DNA of 34,819 nt from a virus. Its lineage: Duplodnaviria; Caudoviricetes. The stretch's first letter is position 1, and every line of letters begins with the position of its first letter. Positions 1 through 8,629 of this stretch are shown piece by piece. The DNA is taken from positions 1 to 34,819 of IMG/VR virus record IMGVR_UViG_3300005077_000063; one strand, 5' to 3'. The notes under the pieces were generated by a model. That model saw only the letters and a list, made by a program, of their open reading frames with translations. It was not told the DNA's origin and did no database searches. The translations under genes and the position numbers were made by a program.

Positions 1-99
1 CCACGGATACAATTTCTTCACGATTAAAGATGACAAGCTCTATGGCGGAGATAGCTTTTCTCCAAATGTCTTTGAACTCTTTTCCGGCTGGGATGATGA
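1..99. repeat. Terminal direct repeat, left copy (circular assembly overlap)
   Basis: Bases 1-99 are identical to 34721-34819, and the ORF starting at 33423 continues in frame across the junction. Confidence 0.97.
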
Positions 100-520
100 C
101 GAATTCTACATCGAGGGAAGCTGGGAGGCAAAAAACGACAATCTGGATACCGAGCAATTAAAGAAATTTAAGGAATTCATCGTGGCTGGATATATTCAGC
201 CTGAACAGGGCTTGAATGTCTACATTAGCTTTGACGGTGACCCATACGAGCTTATCGGTGAAATGGAAGGAAGCGACTCGGCAGTCCAAAAGACCAGCAC
301 AATCAAGATAGGAACTTCCCTTATCGGAAGCAAAAAGGTTGGAGGAGAGGCCACGGAGGACGCCTACTTTTTCAAGAAGAAGTTTAAAATATCAGGTCCG
401 AAACTGGACAAAGCCAAAATAAAATTCGAACCTTCTGGAATAGGGTATCTGGCGATTTACGAATACAAGTTTTCAAATATACGCCTTAAAGGCTCAAAAA
501 TACTTAAAAAATATCAATAA
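1..520 (+). CDS. 3' part of tail stabilisation/nozzle protein (P22 gp10 / tail tubular B-like); gene wraps from 33423
   Basis: Frame 2 is open from base 2 (HGYNFFTIKDDKLYGGDS...) to TAA at 518-520. Joined with 33423-34720 it gives about 605 aa. It follows the adaptor gene. Confidence 0.75.
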   Translation, partial: HGYNFFTIKDDKLYGGDSFSPNVFELFSGWDDDEFYIEGSWEAKNDNLDTEQLKKFKEFIVAGYIQPEQGLNVYISFDGDPYELIGEMEGSDSAVQKTSTIKIGTSLIGSKKVGGEATEDAYFFKKKFKISGPKLDKAKIKFEPSGIGYLAIYEYKFSNIRLKGSKILKKYQ

Positions 521-525
521 GATGT

Positions 526-2016
526 ATGAAGAAAATATTTATCATTCTAGCTGGACTGCTTTTAACTGCAAATCTAGCTAACGCTACGGTAAAAAAAGCC
601 ACGGTTTTTCATCCGATTACGGGAGAAAGAAAAGTCGTCACAGTAGGCGACCCGGATGCTTTCGATGGTGGATTCCGCCTGGAAACGCCGACTGACTATT
701 TCAATCCCATCCTGGGAGCCACCGTCCCTCTGGCTGTCGCTGATTTTGAAACTTCTCTCGCTCAGAAGCTCACCTCAACCGAAACGTCTTCGATGACTCT
801 GGTTTCAGGAACCACGGGCGATGGAACAACCTTGAACGGCATTTACGGGTTTACGATTGACGAAGGAAATTCCTACAAGGAATATGTCATCGCCACTTGC
901 GTGGATACGGCTTGCTCAAGCCTTACCAGGGGAATTTCCACAGTTACCGGCTCATCTTCCGTCGCCGCCCTAAAAAAAGATCACCGCCGGGGGGCCAATG
1001 TAAAGATTACAGACCATCCCATAATTACGGTCATGGCCCGAATCCTGAACGGGCAAGATACGATTCCTGCAAAGCTCATCTATGACGATACCCTTCAAAT
1101 TGGAGTAGGAGACGCTACTTCCACTATCCCGACCAAATACTACGTTGACAATATTGCCATAGCCGGAGGAACAACCGCCACAGAGGGCACTCCAGGAATT
1201 TCAAAAATAGGAACCGCCCAGCAGATTGCTTCAAGCACCTTCAGCGCAGGAGACCCCACTGTCATTCCGACAAGCAGGGCCACCTCAAGTCCGGATGTAA
1301 GAAGTCTAGGAAATATCCCAGCGACGGGAAATGATGGCTATTTAAATCAGGGGTGGTTGGATTTATCTGAAACGTTCACATTTACAGGAGGTGTTGATGG
1401 TATCATAATAGGAAAGAATATTTCTATATTGACAGCCTCAACAACAATAACTGGAGCTTCAACACCTCAGCCGGTATATATTGCAACTACTACAGGAGCT
1501 TTGGAATTAAGCGATGCCAATAATGATACTACTTATTATGCTTTTCACGGATTTGCAATATCCTCTGGCGTAAATGGGGAGTCAATTTACGTCCAAACCA
1601 AAGGAGTCGTAACTGGTTTTACGGGCTTGACTCCAGGAGCTGATTACTATGTTCAGGATTCTGTTGGGACAATAGGAACATCAAAGGGCACAACTCCTCT
1701 TAAAGTAGGCAGAGCGTTAACATCAACTACGCTTATGATTGACAGGCAAAAGACATTCGGGACATTTGCAGCAAAGACAGATAATACAGAATATTTTGCC
1801 TATACTGACGGAAATCTGTATTGCTGGGCAGGAGATGGTTCAGGAGCCAGTGCTATGACTGCATATATTAATAATACTATATATATCAAAGATAATAACT
1901 CAACCAATGGCGGTGTCAGCGGATTTGCATTGTTTGTGGCGGCTGGCCAAAAATATAAATGCGATGGAGCAGTTACTGGCGGAACTAATTCTATATACTG
2001 GCAACCATTTAATTAA
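526..2016 (+). CDS. Tail fibre/spike-like virion protein with N-terminal Sec-type signal peptide
   Basis: 496 aa, Thr/Gly/Ser-rich, with fibre-like motifs (PTKYYVD; GFTGLTPGADYY). N-terminus MKKIFIILAGLLLTANLANA has a basic n-region, a hydrophobic h-region and an AxA site. Confidence 0.65.
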   Translation: MKKIFIILAGLLLTANLANATVKKATVFHPITGERKVVTVGDPDAFDGGFRLETPTDYFNPILGATVPLAVADFETSLAQKLTSTETSSMTLVSGTTGDGTTLNGIYGFTIDEGNSYKEYVIATCVDTACSSLTRGISTVTGSSSVAALKKDHRRGANVKITDHPIITVMARILNGQDTIPAKLIYDDTLQIGVGDATSTIPTKYYVDNIAIAGGTTATEGTPGISKIGTAQQIASSTFSAGDPTVIPTSRATSSPDVRSLGNIPATGNDGYLNQGWLDLSETFTFTGGVDGIIIGKNISILTASTTITGASTPQPVYIATTTGALELSDANNDTTYYAFHGFAISSGVNGESIYVQTKGVVTGFTGLTPGADYYVQDSVGTIGTSKGTTPLKVGRALTSTTLMIDRQKTFGTFAAKTDNTEYFAYTDGNLYCWAGDGSGASAMTAYINNTIYIKDNNSTNGGVSGFALFVAAGQKYKCDGAVTGGTNSIYWQPFN

Positions 2017-2032
2017 CTATTAATTATGAAAT

Positions 2033-3484
2033 ATGGCAGACCTAATAAGCTATCGCTACAAATCAAGCGAACCAGAGGGCAAGTATGTCCATACAATTTA
2101 CGACAACGACCCCAGAATTAAGAATTTGATGTCAGGGGGAGACGTTGAATTTAACAGACCCATTCCGCCTTCAACTCCGCCATCGAGCGTTGTCTATAAC
2201 CCTGACGGCACTAGAAGCAAGGTTGATCAATACTATGAGAAAAACGCCCCGATGTCAGAGCAGGATATCGCAAGAAAGGAAATAGAGACAAGAGAGGAAT
2301 TTCTGAAACGCCAGCAGGCCGCAATCGATTCCATCAACAATATGTATGTCGGAATCATTAATCGGGCAAAAGAGGAAAACCAGGGCAGGCTTGGCTCTGC
2401 AAATACGATAAACGCCCTTTCTGGACAAAGGGGTACACCCTCAGGCTCAGCCAACATTCAAAAAACGGAACAAAAAAACCGGGCAGTTTTAGATTCTATA
2501 GACGCTGAAAAGCAAAATAAAATCACTCTCATCATGGACAAATACGCCAAGGACTTAACTGACGAACTGAAATACCAGCAACAGCTCAGGCGGGAAGACA
2601 CCCAGAATTGGCTCGATTACATGGCCGGCAAAGAGGAAAAGGACAAGGCCCGAGGCCTTGCCATGCGTTCCGACCTCATCACGCAAAGAGTGTCCCCAGA
2701 CCTCATCACAGACGACCAGTGGAGCCAGATGGCCGATGCTTCCGGCTACAGCGTGGACGAATTCAAAGCTCTCTACAATGCGGAATACAAGAACTCTCAA
2801 GATGAATGGGTGAAGAATGAACAAGACAGGTTAAGACAGATACAGCTTGATAACCAGAATATTGAAAAAGGAAACATCGACATCCAGAACGCCAAGAGTG
2901 CCCAGGCCCAGCAGAAGGCTCAATTTGACAATGATTTGAAATTGAAAGGATTCGAATACGTGAGCGATCCGAAGAAACTGAAGAACCTGAAAGCGGATGA
3001 AATCGTAAAGCTCACTGACCCGAATGGCCAAGAGAGGATTTACAAGGTTCCGAAAGGAATGAGCGAATTGGAGCTCTACGAAGCCAAGAAGCAGATAGAC
3101 GCGAAGTATAAGACAAGCGGAGGTGGATCAGGAGGAGGAACGGGAACCTATCCTAAAGGCTTCGATTCGGCTGTGAAAGCAGGGATAACCAACCTTCAGA
3201 AAGGCGAAAAATGGGGAACCGTGTTCGACCGAATTAAGAACCAATTCCCAGACATGGACGACAATACCATAGACAAAGCCCTCGGCCCGGAATGGAGAAC
3301 CGAAGGAGCCTTCGAAGAATGGAAAGCCAAACAATACAAGCAAGGGACACAAACCGAATGGCAGACCCAGGCTCCCGTATGGGAATGGCTCGCATCAGAA
3401 GAAGCCTTGAATATGACAGACGAACAAAAAAAGCAAGAAATCATGGCCAACGGCTTCAATCCGGAGGACTTTGGCATTTACTAA
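2033..3484 (+). CDS. Putative internal virion/ejection protein (coiled-coil, Gln/Lys-rich)
   Basis: 483 aa helical protein with a Gly-rich linker (SGGGSGGG), located after the tail genes where podoviruses keep ejection proteins. Confidence 0.55.
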   Translation: MADLISYRYKSSEPEGKYVHTIYDNDPRIKNLMSGGDVEFNRPIPPSTPPSSVVYNPDGTRSKVDQYYEKNAPMSEQDIARKEIETREEFLKRQQAAIDSINNMYVGIINRAKEENQGRLGSANTINALSGQRGTPSGSANIQKTEQKNRAVLDSIDAEKQNKITLIMDKYAKDLTDELKYQQQLRREDTQNWLDYMAGKEEKDKARGLAMRSDLITQRVSPDLITDDQWSQMADASGYSVDEFKALYNAEYKNSQDEWVKNEQDRLRQIQLDNQNIEKGNIDIQNAKSAQAQQKAQFDNDLKLKGFEYVSDPKKLKNLKADEIVKLTDPNGQERIYKVPKGMSELELYEAKKQIDAKYKTSGGGSGGGTGTYPKGFDSAVKAGITNLQKGEKWGTVFDRIKNQFPDMDDNTIDKALGPEWRTEGAFEEWKAKQYKQGTQTEWQTQAPVWEWLASEEALNMTDEQKKQEIMANGFNPEDFGIY

Positions 3485-3487
3485 CTT

Positions 3488-6250
3488 ATGCCCTTAAAAG
3501 ATTATCTACAACAAAAAGGAGTAAAGACTTCTGCCACTCCCGCTTCCGGTGCATTATCTGATTACCTTAAATCAAATGGATACACCCCGCCCCAATCCAC
3601 AGATATTAAAAGATCTTCAACAACTCCTGCCCAGGCCAAAAAAGAGCCTCAAAAAAAAGAAAACACCTCACTTTGGCGGTTTCTTGGAAAGCAACTGATG
3701 AAACCGGTCGGAGTCGGCGCGGAAGCCTTAGAAACGGCCTCGAATGTGGGCGGCTCTTTGGTTTTGCCGTTAAGCAAAAAATACACCCTGAAGCAAGGCC
3801 TAGAATCGGCTGGTAAAGAGCTTCTTGAGGGAGCCAAGGATATTAAGGACGTTGTAACGGGAGAGAAAGAAACTTCATTCAGTCAGAAGCTCAAAGAAGA
3901 CAAGGCCAGTATGAATAAGGCGCTGAATCGTGAACCGACCGCCTTTGAAAAGTTTTCCGATGAGGTAATCGGTATCGGCGGTGATTTTGTATTGGACCCG
4001 TTAAACAAGCTGAAACCCGTAAAACTCGCCAAGCAAATCGGTAAAGTCACAAAATTGGATAAAGCCGCTTCAGCCGGGGCGAAAGTTCTCAAGGAGACAG
4101 AAGCTTTTAAAAAGGCCCGTTCAATATTTTCAAATACGACTGGCGATAAAGCGTTTGATGAGGTTGTTGGAAAATTCAGGAATCTTTATCAATACCGGGA
4201 AGGTCAACTGATTGATAAGGCGAGCAAGCTCCAGAAAGACATCAAGGCTCTATCCAAAGGAAATAAGAAAATTGAAGAAACTATCACTGAAGGCCTGGAA
4301 AACAGAAACAGCCTTTTCAATATTCCGAAAACTGTAAATAAGACGATTCGTGAAGCGGCAGATAATGAGAAGGATTATATCCTCAAAAAACTCACAGATT
4401 TCAAATCTTCGAATAAAGCAATCCCGGTTCTAAATGTGGTAGAGGACTGGCTAAAGCTGGCCGATAAAAACAAGCTCAATGCTGATGACCTTTATGAGAT
4501 TTCAAAATTCTTAGAAGAAAAGGGAGTGAAACTCGATTTTTCTGGAAAAGTTCCAAAGGTAGGCCAAGAGGTCATTAATATCGTTGATGATTTAAGAAAG
4601 ACATACAAGGATTTTCTAGATGCCTCACGGAAGGTCGGTTTAAAAGTCGGGGAAATTGCTGAATATGCCCCACATATCAGGACGAAAGAAAGCTTTGTAA
4701 ACAAAGCAAAAGAGACCTTCGGCTTAGGCGCGAGAGTCTGGGGCAAGGCAGGAGTAGAAAAAGGAAGAAAACTTGAAGGGACGATTAAAGAGCTTGCCGA
4801 ACAGGGAATCGATATTTTTGAAAAGAATCCGGCCATTCAGCTTGCAAAGAAAGGGCAGACATACGTTAAGGCCATTACTTCAAAACAATTCGCCGATGAG
4901 GTTGCCAAGTTCGCCAGTAAAGACGGCATAGAAGTCACCAATCCCCTTCTTAAAGGCATGAAATTCGCCCCGGAACAGGCCAAGGTAATCGACAACTTCT
5001 ATCAGGGCATCAAGCCAGATGAATTGAAAGTCATAATTAAGGGATTTGACAAGATTCAGAATTGGTGGAAGGCCCAGGCCCTTGTCGCCCCCTCTTACCA
5101 TATCAGGAACATTGCCGGGAATCTCTGGAATAATTTCTTGGCCGACGTGAACCCGGCAGACTACCTGAAAGCCGCCCAGCTTCAAAGAAGACCGGAACTC
5201 AATTCGAAGCTGATCGAGGCAGCCAAAAAATACGGCGTCCTTGATGAAGGATGGTATGCCAAAGACATCGGCGAGGAAGTGCTCGATAGAGTAGGCCGGG
5301 GAGCCAAGAGTGTAGCCAAAGGATTAAACCCTCTTTCCCAGAGCAATTACCTATTCCGTGGAAACAAGGCGGTCGGCTCAACAATTGAAAACAACGCCCG
5401 TCTTGCGCATTTCATTTCCCAAATTCAAAAAGGAATGAGTTTTGATGATGCGGCGAAATCCGTTAAGAAATTCCTTTTTGACTACGGGAATCTCTCGGCC
5501 ACGGAAAAAAATGTCTTCAAGCGGGTTATCCCATTTTACACTTGGACCAGAAAGAATCTTCCCCTTCAGCTTGGCGAGCTTATGCAGCAACCGGCTAAAT
5601 ATGTCCTCCCATACAAGATCGTTGATAGGTTGGAGGCCGGCGTCGAAAAGCCTGACGAAAGGTATATGAGCGAGTATCTGAAGGGCAATATCCCAATCAG
5701 GATTCGCAAGGACAAGGAAGGGAACACGGAGTATTTCCTACTCGGCCAATGGCTTCCCTTCGCCTCTGCCATCGACCTTTTGAGCCAGCCGATGGACAAT
5801 CTGCTTGGAATGGTGACTCCACTCGTCAAAACCCCGCTTGAGCGATTCAGCAACAAATCAACTTACTTCAAGAATACACTCGGAGAATACCAGCCGATCG
5901 AAAGGGAGGATATGGAGCAGGGGGAATTCTTGGGGATGTCCCTGAGGAAGAAAAATATCAACCTTCTGAGAAACATCAGAATTCTGAGCGATTTGAATAA
6001 ATGGTATGAAAAGACGGACAAGACCGATGTAAAAGAATCGGTTATGGTAAAGCTTCTCAATACTCTTTTCGGGAAAGCCGCGACCTACGATGTCCAGAAA
6101 GCGAAATATTTTTATAGGCGAGATACCGAAGACAAAGTGAACGCCTACAAGCAGGCGATTAAGGATGCTCAAAAGAAGGGTTACAAAGAAAAAGCAGCCC
6201 AATTAAGGAAGGAAATGATTGAATTCCAGAAGTCTAGGAAACTTCAATAG
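3488..6250 (+). CDS. Large internal virion/DNA ejection protein
   Basis: 920 aa, last gene of the late operon. The C-terminal motif FLFDY...VIPFYTWTRKNLPLQ is typical of large podoviral ejection/polyvalent proteins. Confidence 0.6.
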   Translation: MPLKDYLQQKGVKTSATPASGALSDYLKSNGYTPPQSTDIKRSSTTPAQAKKEPQKKENTSLWRFLGKQLMKPVGVGAEALETASNVGGSLVLPLSKKYTLKQGLESAGKELLEGAKDIKDVVTGEKETSFSQKLKEDKASMNKALNREPTAFEKFSDEVIGIGGDFVLDPLNKLKPVKLAKQIGKVTKLDKAASAGAKVLKETEAFKKARSIFSNTTGDKAFDEVVGKFRNLYQYREGQLIDKASKLQKDIKALSKGNKKIEETITEGLENRNSLFNIPKTVNKTIREAADNEKDYILKKLTDFKSSNKAIPVLNVVEDWLKLADKNKLNADDLYEISKFLEEKGVKLDFSGKVPKVGQEVINIVDDLRKTYKDFLDASRKVGLKVGEIAEYAPHIRTKESFVNKAKETFGLGARVWGKAGVEKGRKLEGTIKELAEQGIDIFEKNPAIQLAKKGQTYVKAITSKQFADEVAKFASKDGIEVTNPLLKGMKFAPEQAKVIDNFYQGIKPDELKVIIKGFDKIQNWWKAQALVAPSYHIRNIAGNLWNNFLADVNPADYLKAAQLQRRPELNSKLIEAAKKYGVLDEGWYAKDIGEEVLDRVGRGAKSVAKGLNPLSQSNYLFRGNKAVGSTIENNARLAHFISQIQKGMSFDDAAKSVKKFLFDYGNLSATEKNVFKRVIPFYTWTRKNLPLQLGELMQQPAKYVLPYKIVDRLEAGVEKPDERYMSEYLKGNIPIRIRKDKEGNTEYFLLGQWLPFASAIDLLSQPMDNLLGMVTPLVKTPLERFSNKSTYFKNTLGEYQPIEREDMEQGEFLGMSLRKKNINLLRNIRILSDLNKWYEKTDKTDVKESVMVKLLNTLFGKAATYDVQKAKYFYRRDTEDKVNAYKQAIKDAQKKGYKEKAAQLRKEMIEFQKSRKLQ

Positions 6251-6402
6251 CATCCGCCCATGTAATCGGGCGTGCAATATTCCTCGTATTCAGTTGTGCT
6301 TCCGATATCTTCCCCTCTACTGCATTGAACAATGAAGGTGATAATTGCCCCGAATAGAATCAGGTAGACTATCGGAACGATAATCCATTCTTGGTTTTGC
6401 AT
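6244..6402 (-). CDS. Small single-TM membrane protein (52 aa)
   Basis: MQNQEWIIVPIVYLILFGAIITFIVQCSRGEDIGSTTEYEEYCTPDYMGGCY: one TM helix and an acidic tail with a Cys pair. ATG at 6402. Confidence 0.55.
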   Translation of the reverse strand: MQNQEWIIVPIVYLILFGAIITFIVQCSRGEDIGSTTEYEEYCTPDYMGGCY

Positions 6403-6414
6403 ATTTCTAAGATC

Positions 6415-6453
6415 ACCCACTCTGCCCCCTTCGGGGGGCACGGTGGGTTTTTT
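6415..6453 (+). terminator. Intrinsic terminator of the late operon
   Basis: ACCCAC-TC-TGCCCCC-TTCG-GGGGGCA-CG-GTGGGT followed by a T run; cUUCGg tetraloop. Confidence 0.85.
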
Positions 6454-6578
6454 AATTCCTCACCCCACTGAAAACGACCCCAGTTTCCCCTATAAATTTG
6501 CTCTCACAGTAGAATTTTCCCATTAGTCGATGTGTCTATCGTTTTGAGGGTATTTTCGCTCTCAGGGGATTCTGTGGC

Positions 6579-6752
6579 CTATTCCTTCAAAATGTTCTTA
6601 AGGGCTTCCATTTCTTTTTTGCTCATCTGAATTCTCAGCATCTCCTTATCGTTGGAAACCATAAACCCTTCATCGGTTTTAACCAAGGAAGTAAATTCAA
6701 AATCCACAATCTCCTCAAATTTCGTTGCCGGCGTTCCCTTCAAAATTTTCAT
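6579..6752 (-). CDS. Hypothetical 57-aa protein (not in ORF track)
   Basis: MKILKGTPATKFEEIVDFEFTSLVKTDEGFMVSNDKEMLRIQMSKKEMEALKNILKE*, preceded by a strong SD (CAGGAGGGAGACACT-ATG). Confidence 0.7.
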   Translation of the reverse strand: MKILKGTPATKFEEIVDFEFTSLVKTDEGFMVSNDKEMLRIQMSKKEMEALKNILKE

Positions 6753-6824
6753 AGTGTCTCCCTCCTGGGGGCCACAATATCTTGTGTCAGTTGCCTTGAC
6801 TCTCCCCCCATGTAGTGATAACCT

Positions 6825-6858
6825 AAAGCAAACCCCGACCGCCTCAACGATCGGGGTT
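6825..6858 (-). terminator. Leftward intrinsic terminator or attenuator hairpin
   Basis: Minus strand AACCCCGATCG-TTGAGG-CGGTCGGGGTT-TGCTTT. The mismatch is a G-U pair only on the minus strand. Confidence 0.6.
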
Positions 6859-6910
6859 CCGGTAAAATAAGCCCTATGGGCGAATAGCTAAAGGTGCTTC
6901 AGGCTTTCCT

Positions 6911-6939
6911 TTTTTACAGGAATTCCTGGCCCCTGTCAA
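6911..6939 (-). promoter_or_regulatory. Sigma70-type promoter with palindromic operator in the spacer
   Basis: Minus strand TTGACA-17 nt-TAAAAA. The perfect palindrome CAGGAATTCCTG (6917-6928) lies in the spacer. Confidence 0.55.
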
Positions 6940-6991
6940 GCTCTTTTGGGGCCTGTTTTAATCAAGCCGGAGGAAGGGCGGTGAATCATGA

Positions 6992-7141
6992 ATGGCTAAA
7001 GGAAAAGGTAAATCTGGGGGCGGTGGCACGAGAAAGATCGGTCGGGATGCCCGTAGCGGAGAGTTCATACCTGTAAAGGAAGCTCAACGGAGAAAGGCAA
7101 CGGCGGTCGTCGAAACCATCAGGAACCCGAAAAAGAAGTAG
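6992..7141 (+). CDS. Small basic protein (49 aa) with GRDAxxGxF motif (not in ORF track)
   Basis: MAKGKGKSGGGGTRKIGRDARSGEFIPVKEAQRRKATAVVETIRNPKKK*. Purine-rich leader upstream and a terminator hairpin downstream. Confidence 0.75.
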   Translation: MAKGKGKSGGGGTRKIGRDARSGEFIPVKEAQRRKATAVVETIRNPKKK

Positions 7142-7152
7142 CTGAATTTCAG

Positions 7153-7182
7153 GGAGGGGAGGAAACTCCCCTCCGCATTTTT
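7153..7182 (+). terminator. Intrinsic terminator
   Basis: GGAGGGGAG-GAAA-CTCCCCTCC perfect 9-bp stem with GNRA loop, then GCATTTTT. Confidence 0.75.
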
Positions 7183-7228
7183 GTCGTTCATTCTTTTTTA
7201 ACGCATTTTCTTTTATGTCTGGTCAGAT

Positions 7229-8011
7229 ATGAAAATTCTTGATGTGCATATACTCACATGGGTCGGTATATTTGTCGTTTTAATCGGGACTGGACTGACA
7301 TTCCTCGGTCAGCAACGAAGCAGCGATAAAAGCTCAAAAGAAATTTCTGATAAAGCTGACAAAATACAATCCCTGACAGAGAACAACATTAAACTGAGTC
7401 AGCAATTGGCTAATACGGCAACGAAAAATGCTGAACTGAGCGAGGAATTAAAGAAATATCTTACCAGTGGAGATTCCTACTGCTACATATTGCCAATGCC
7501 GGACCAAATATCTGATAGGCAATCATTCCTACTCTTGCATGAAGGAAAATATCCTCTGTACGATGTGACTATTGAATTTATTGATCAATCCTTAATGAGC
7601 GGCCTTCCACTAAAGAACCTCTATGATAATATCATTGAAAGCCAGAAAGAGGATGTTGAAGCAGGTAGACCTAAAGAGCGAGATTTGTATGCTGAAATTT
7701 CAGATCTAAGAGAAAAGGCCATAGTCAGAATTCCAATTGGAACACTTGGGCCAAAAACAGCACGGGAGTTAGGAAGACTAGACATGCGAGGGAGAAAAGA
7801 GGCCGATTTTAGAATTACAATTTCTACAAGGAACGCTTTCTTCAGCGAACACATAAGAGAAGAAAGAGTAGATAAAGGATGGCGTTATTCATGGCAAGTT
7901 ACAAGAACAGAAAACAATGAATCCATAATCCTCAAAGAACATATCAATCCAAAACTTCCATTAATTCCGCCAGAGGAATCTTCCCCTTCAAAAGATATTC
8001 CAAAACAGTGA
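7229..8011 (+). CDS. Membrane-anchored hypothetical protein (moron-like)
   Basis: 260 aa: N-terminal TM helix (ILTWVGIFVVLIGTGLTFLG), a coiled coil, then a beta-rich domain. Confidence 0.7.
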   Translation: MKILDVHILTWVGIFVVLIGTGLTFLGQQRSSDKSSKEISDKADKIQSLTENNIKLSQQLANTATKNAELSEELKKYLTSGDSYCYILPMPDQISDRQSFLLLHEGKYPLYDVTIEFIDQSLMSGLPLKNLYDNIIESQKEDVEAGRPKERDLYAEISDLREKAIVRIPIGTLGPKTARELGRLDMRGRKEADFRITISTRNAFFSEHIREERVDKGWRYSWQVTRTENNESIILKEHINPKLPLIPPEESSPSKDIPKQ

Positions 8012-8099
8012 CATCAGCATAGTTATATTTGCGCGCCAAAATCTTAATTCTGGCCTTTGTGTCTTCTGTAATGCCAATTGTCTTTATCTTATCCCTCAT
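7944..8099 (-). CDS. Ribbon-helix-helix (Arc/CopG-like) DNA-binding protein, 51 aa (not in ORF track)
   Basis: MRDKIKTIGITEDTKARIKILARKYNYADVTVLEYLLKGKIPLAELMEVLD*. Alternating beta-strand KTIGI followed by two amphipathic helices; operator-like repeats lie directly upstream. Confidence 0.65.
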   Translation of the reverse strand: MRDKIKTIGITEDTKARIKILARKYNYADVTVLEYLLKGKIPLAELMEVLD

Positions 8100-8106
8100 A
8101 TTTCTA

Positions 8107-8147
8107 TATATTCAATATGTTCAACATGCGTATGCATGTTCAATATA
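8107..8147. promoter_or_regulatory. Operator-like repeats upstream of RHH gene
   Basis: Three TTCAAYAT direct repeats (8111, 8120, 8139) plus the inverted repeat AACATGC-GTAT-GCATGTT (8123-8140). Confidence 0.55.
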
Positions 8148-8149
8148 GG

Positions 8150-8622
8150 GCTCCTCCAGCTTCCTACCTTCCCGAATAAAGCTTAACTCTCACACCTAAA
8201 GAAAACAAATCCTTAAAAAAAAGAAATTATGGAATCTTATTCGGTATAGGTTATCGCTGTTTTCGCCCTCGAAATCAATCAATTAAAAAGATTAAATAAT
8301 TTCGGCGGCATTCCAGCTTAGTTTCAAAGAGCGGCGGGCCAGATTAGCTCTAGAAGCTAATCCCCATGCTTGTCGCGATGTAGTGTTATTGGCCCGCCAG
8401 TTTCAGAAAACAAGTCATTTCCTAGTGTCGCGACGGTAAGGGGCTCCCCGAGGATATTTTTATTGACCCCATAAGTCCGAACTTTCCGCCGCAACATCAG
8501 AATACAAAAAAGCTTTACCCCGAGGGTGGAGATTCACAGAACCACCCTAACAGAATAAAGCTTTTTTGTGTGAATCTTTTCTAGCCTCTTTGGTTGTAAA
8601 AAACCAGTTTCATAAATGTAGC
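8150..8622 (-). ncRNA. Candidate structured non-coding RNA or long leader
   Basis: ORF-free region of about 470 nt downstream of a leftward promoter, with several nested inverted repeats and two potential pseudoknots (see findings). Confidence 0.45.
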
Positions 8623-8629
8623 TAATAAT

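Noticed and set aside
2233-6202. Numerous minus-strand and alternate-frame ORFs in the track overlapping long genes (also 20298-21449, 27856-28557 and others)
   Set aside because: They are shadow ORFs of long plus-strand genes, with no initiation signals or motifs.
6652-7076. Track ORFs 6652-6870 and 6894-7076 (and 8688-8981, 10188-10430)
   Set aside because: They are better explained by overlapping SD-led or motif-bearing ORFs and regulatory hairpins in other frames or strands.
8474-8492. Minus-strand GCGGAAAGTTCGGAC resembles the RNase P RNA 5' conserved motif (GAGGAAAGUCC)
   Set aside because: No matching 3' motif (ACAGAA-CCGGCUUA-like) to form P4 was found downstream.
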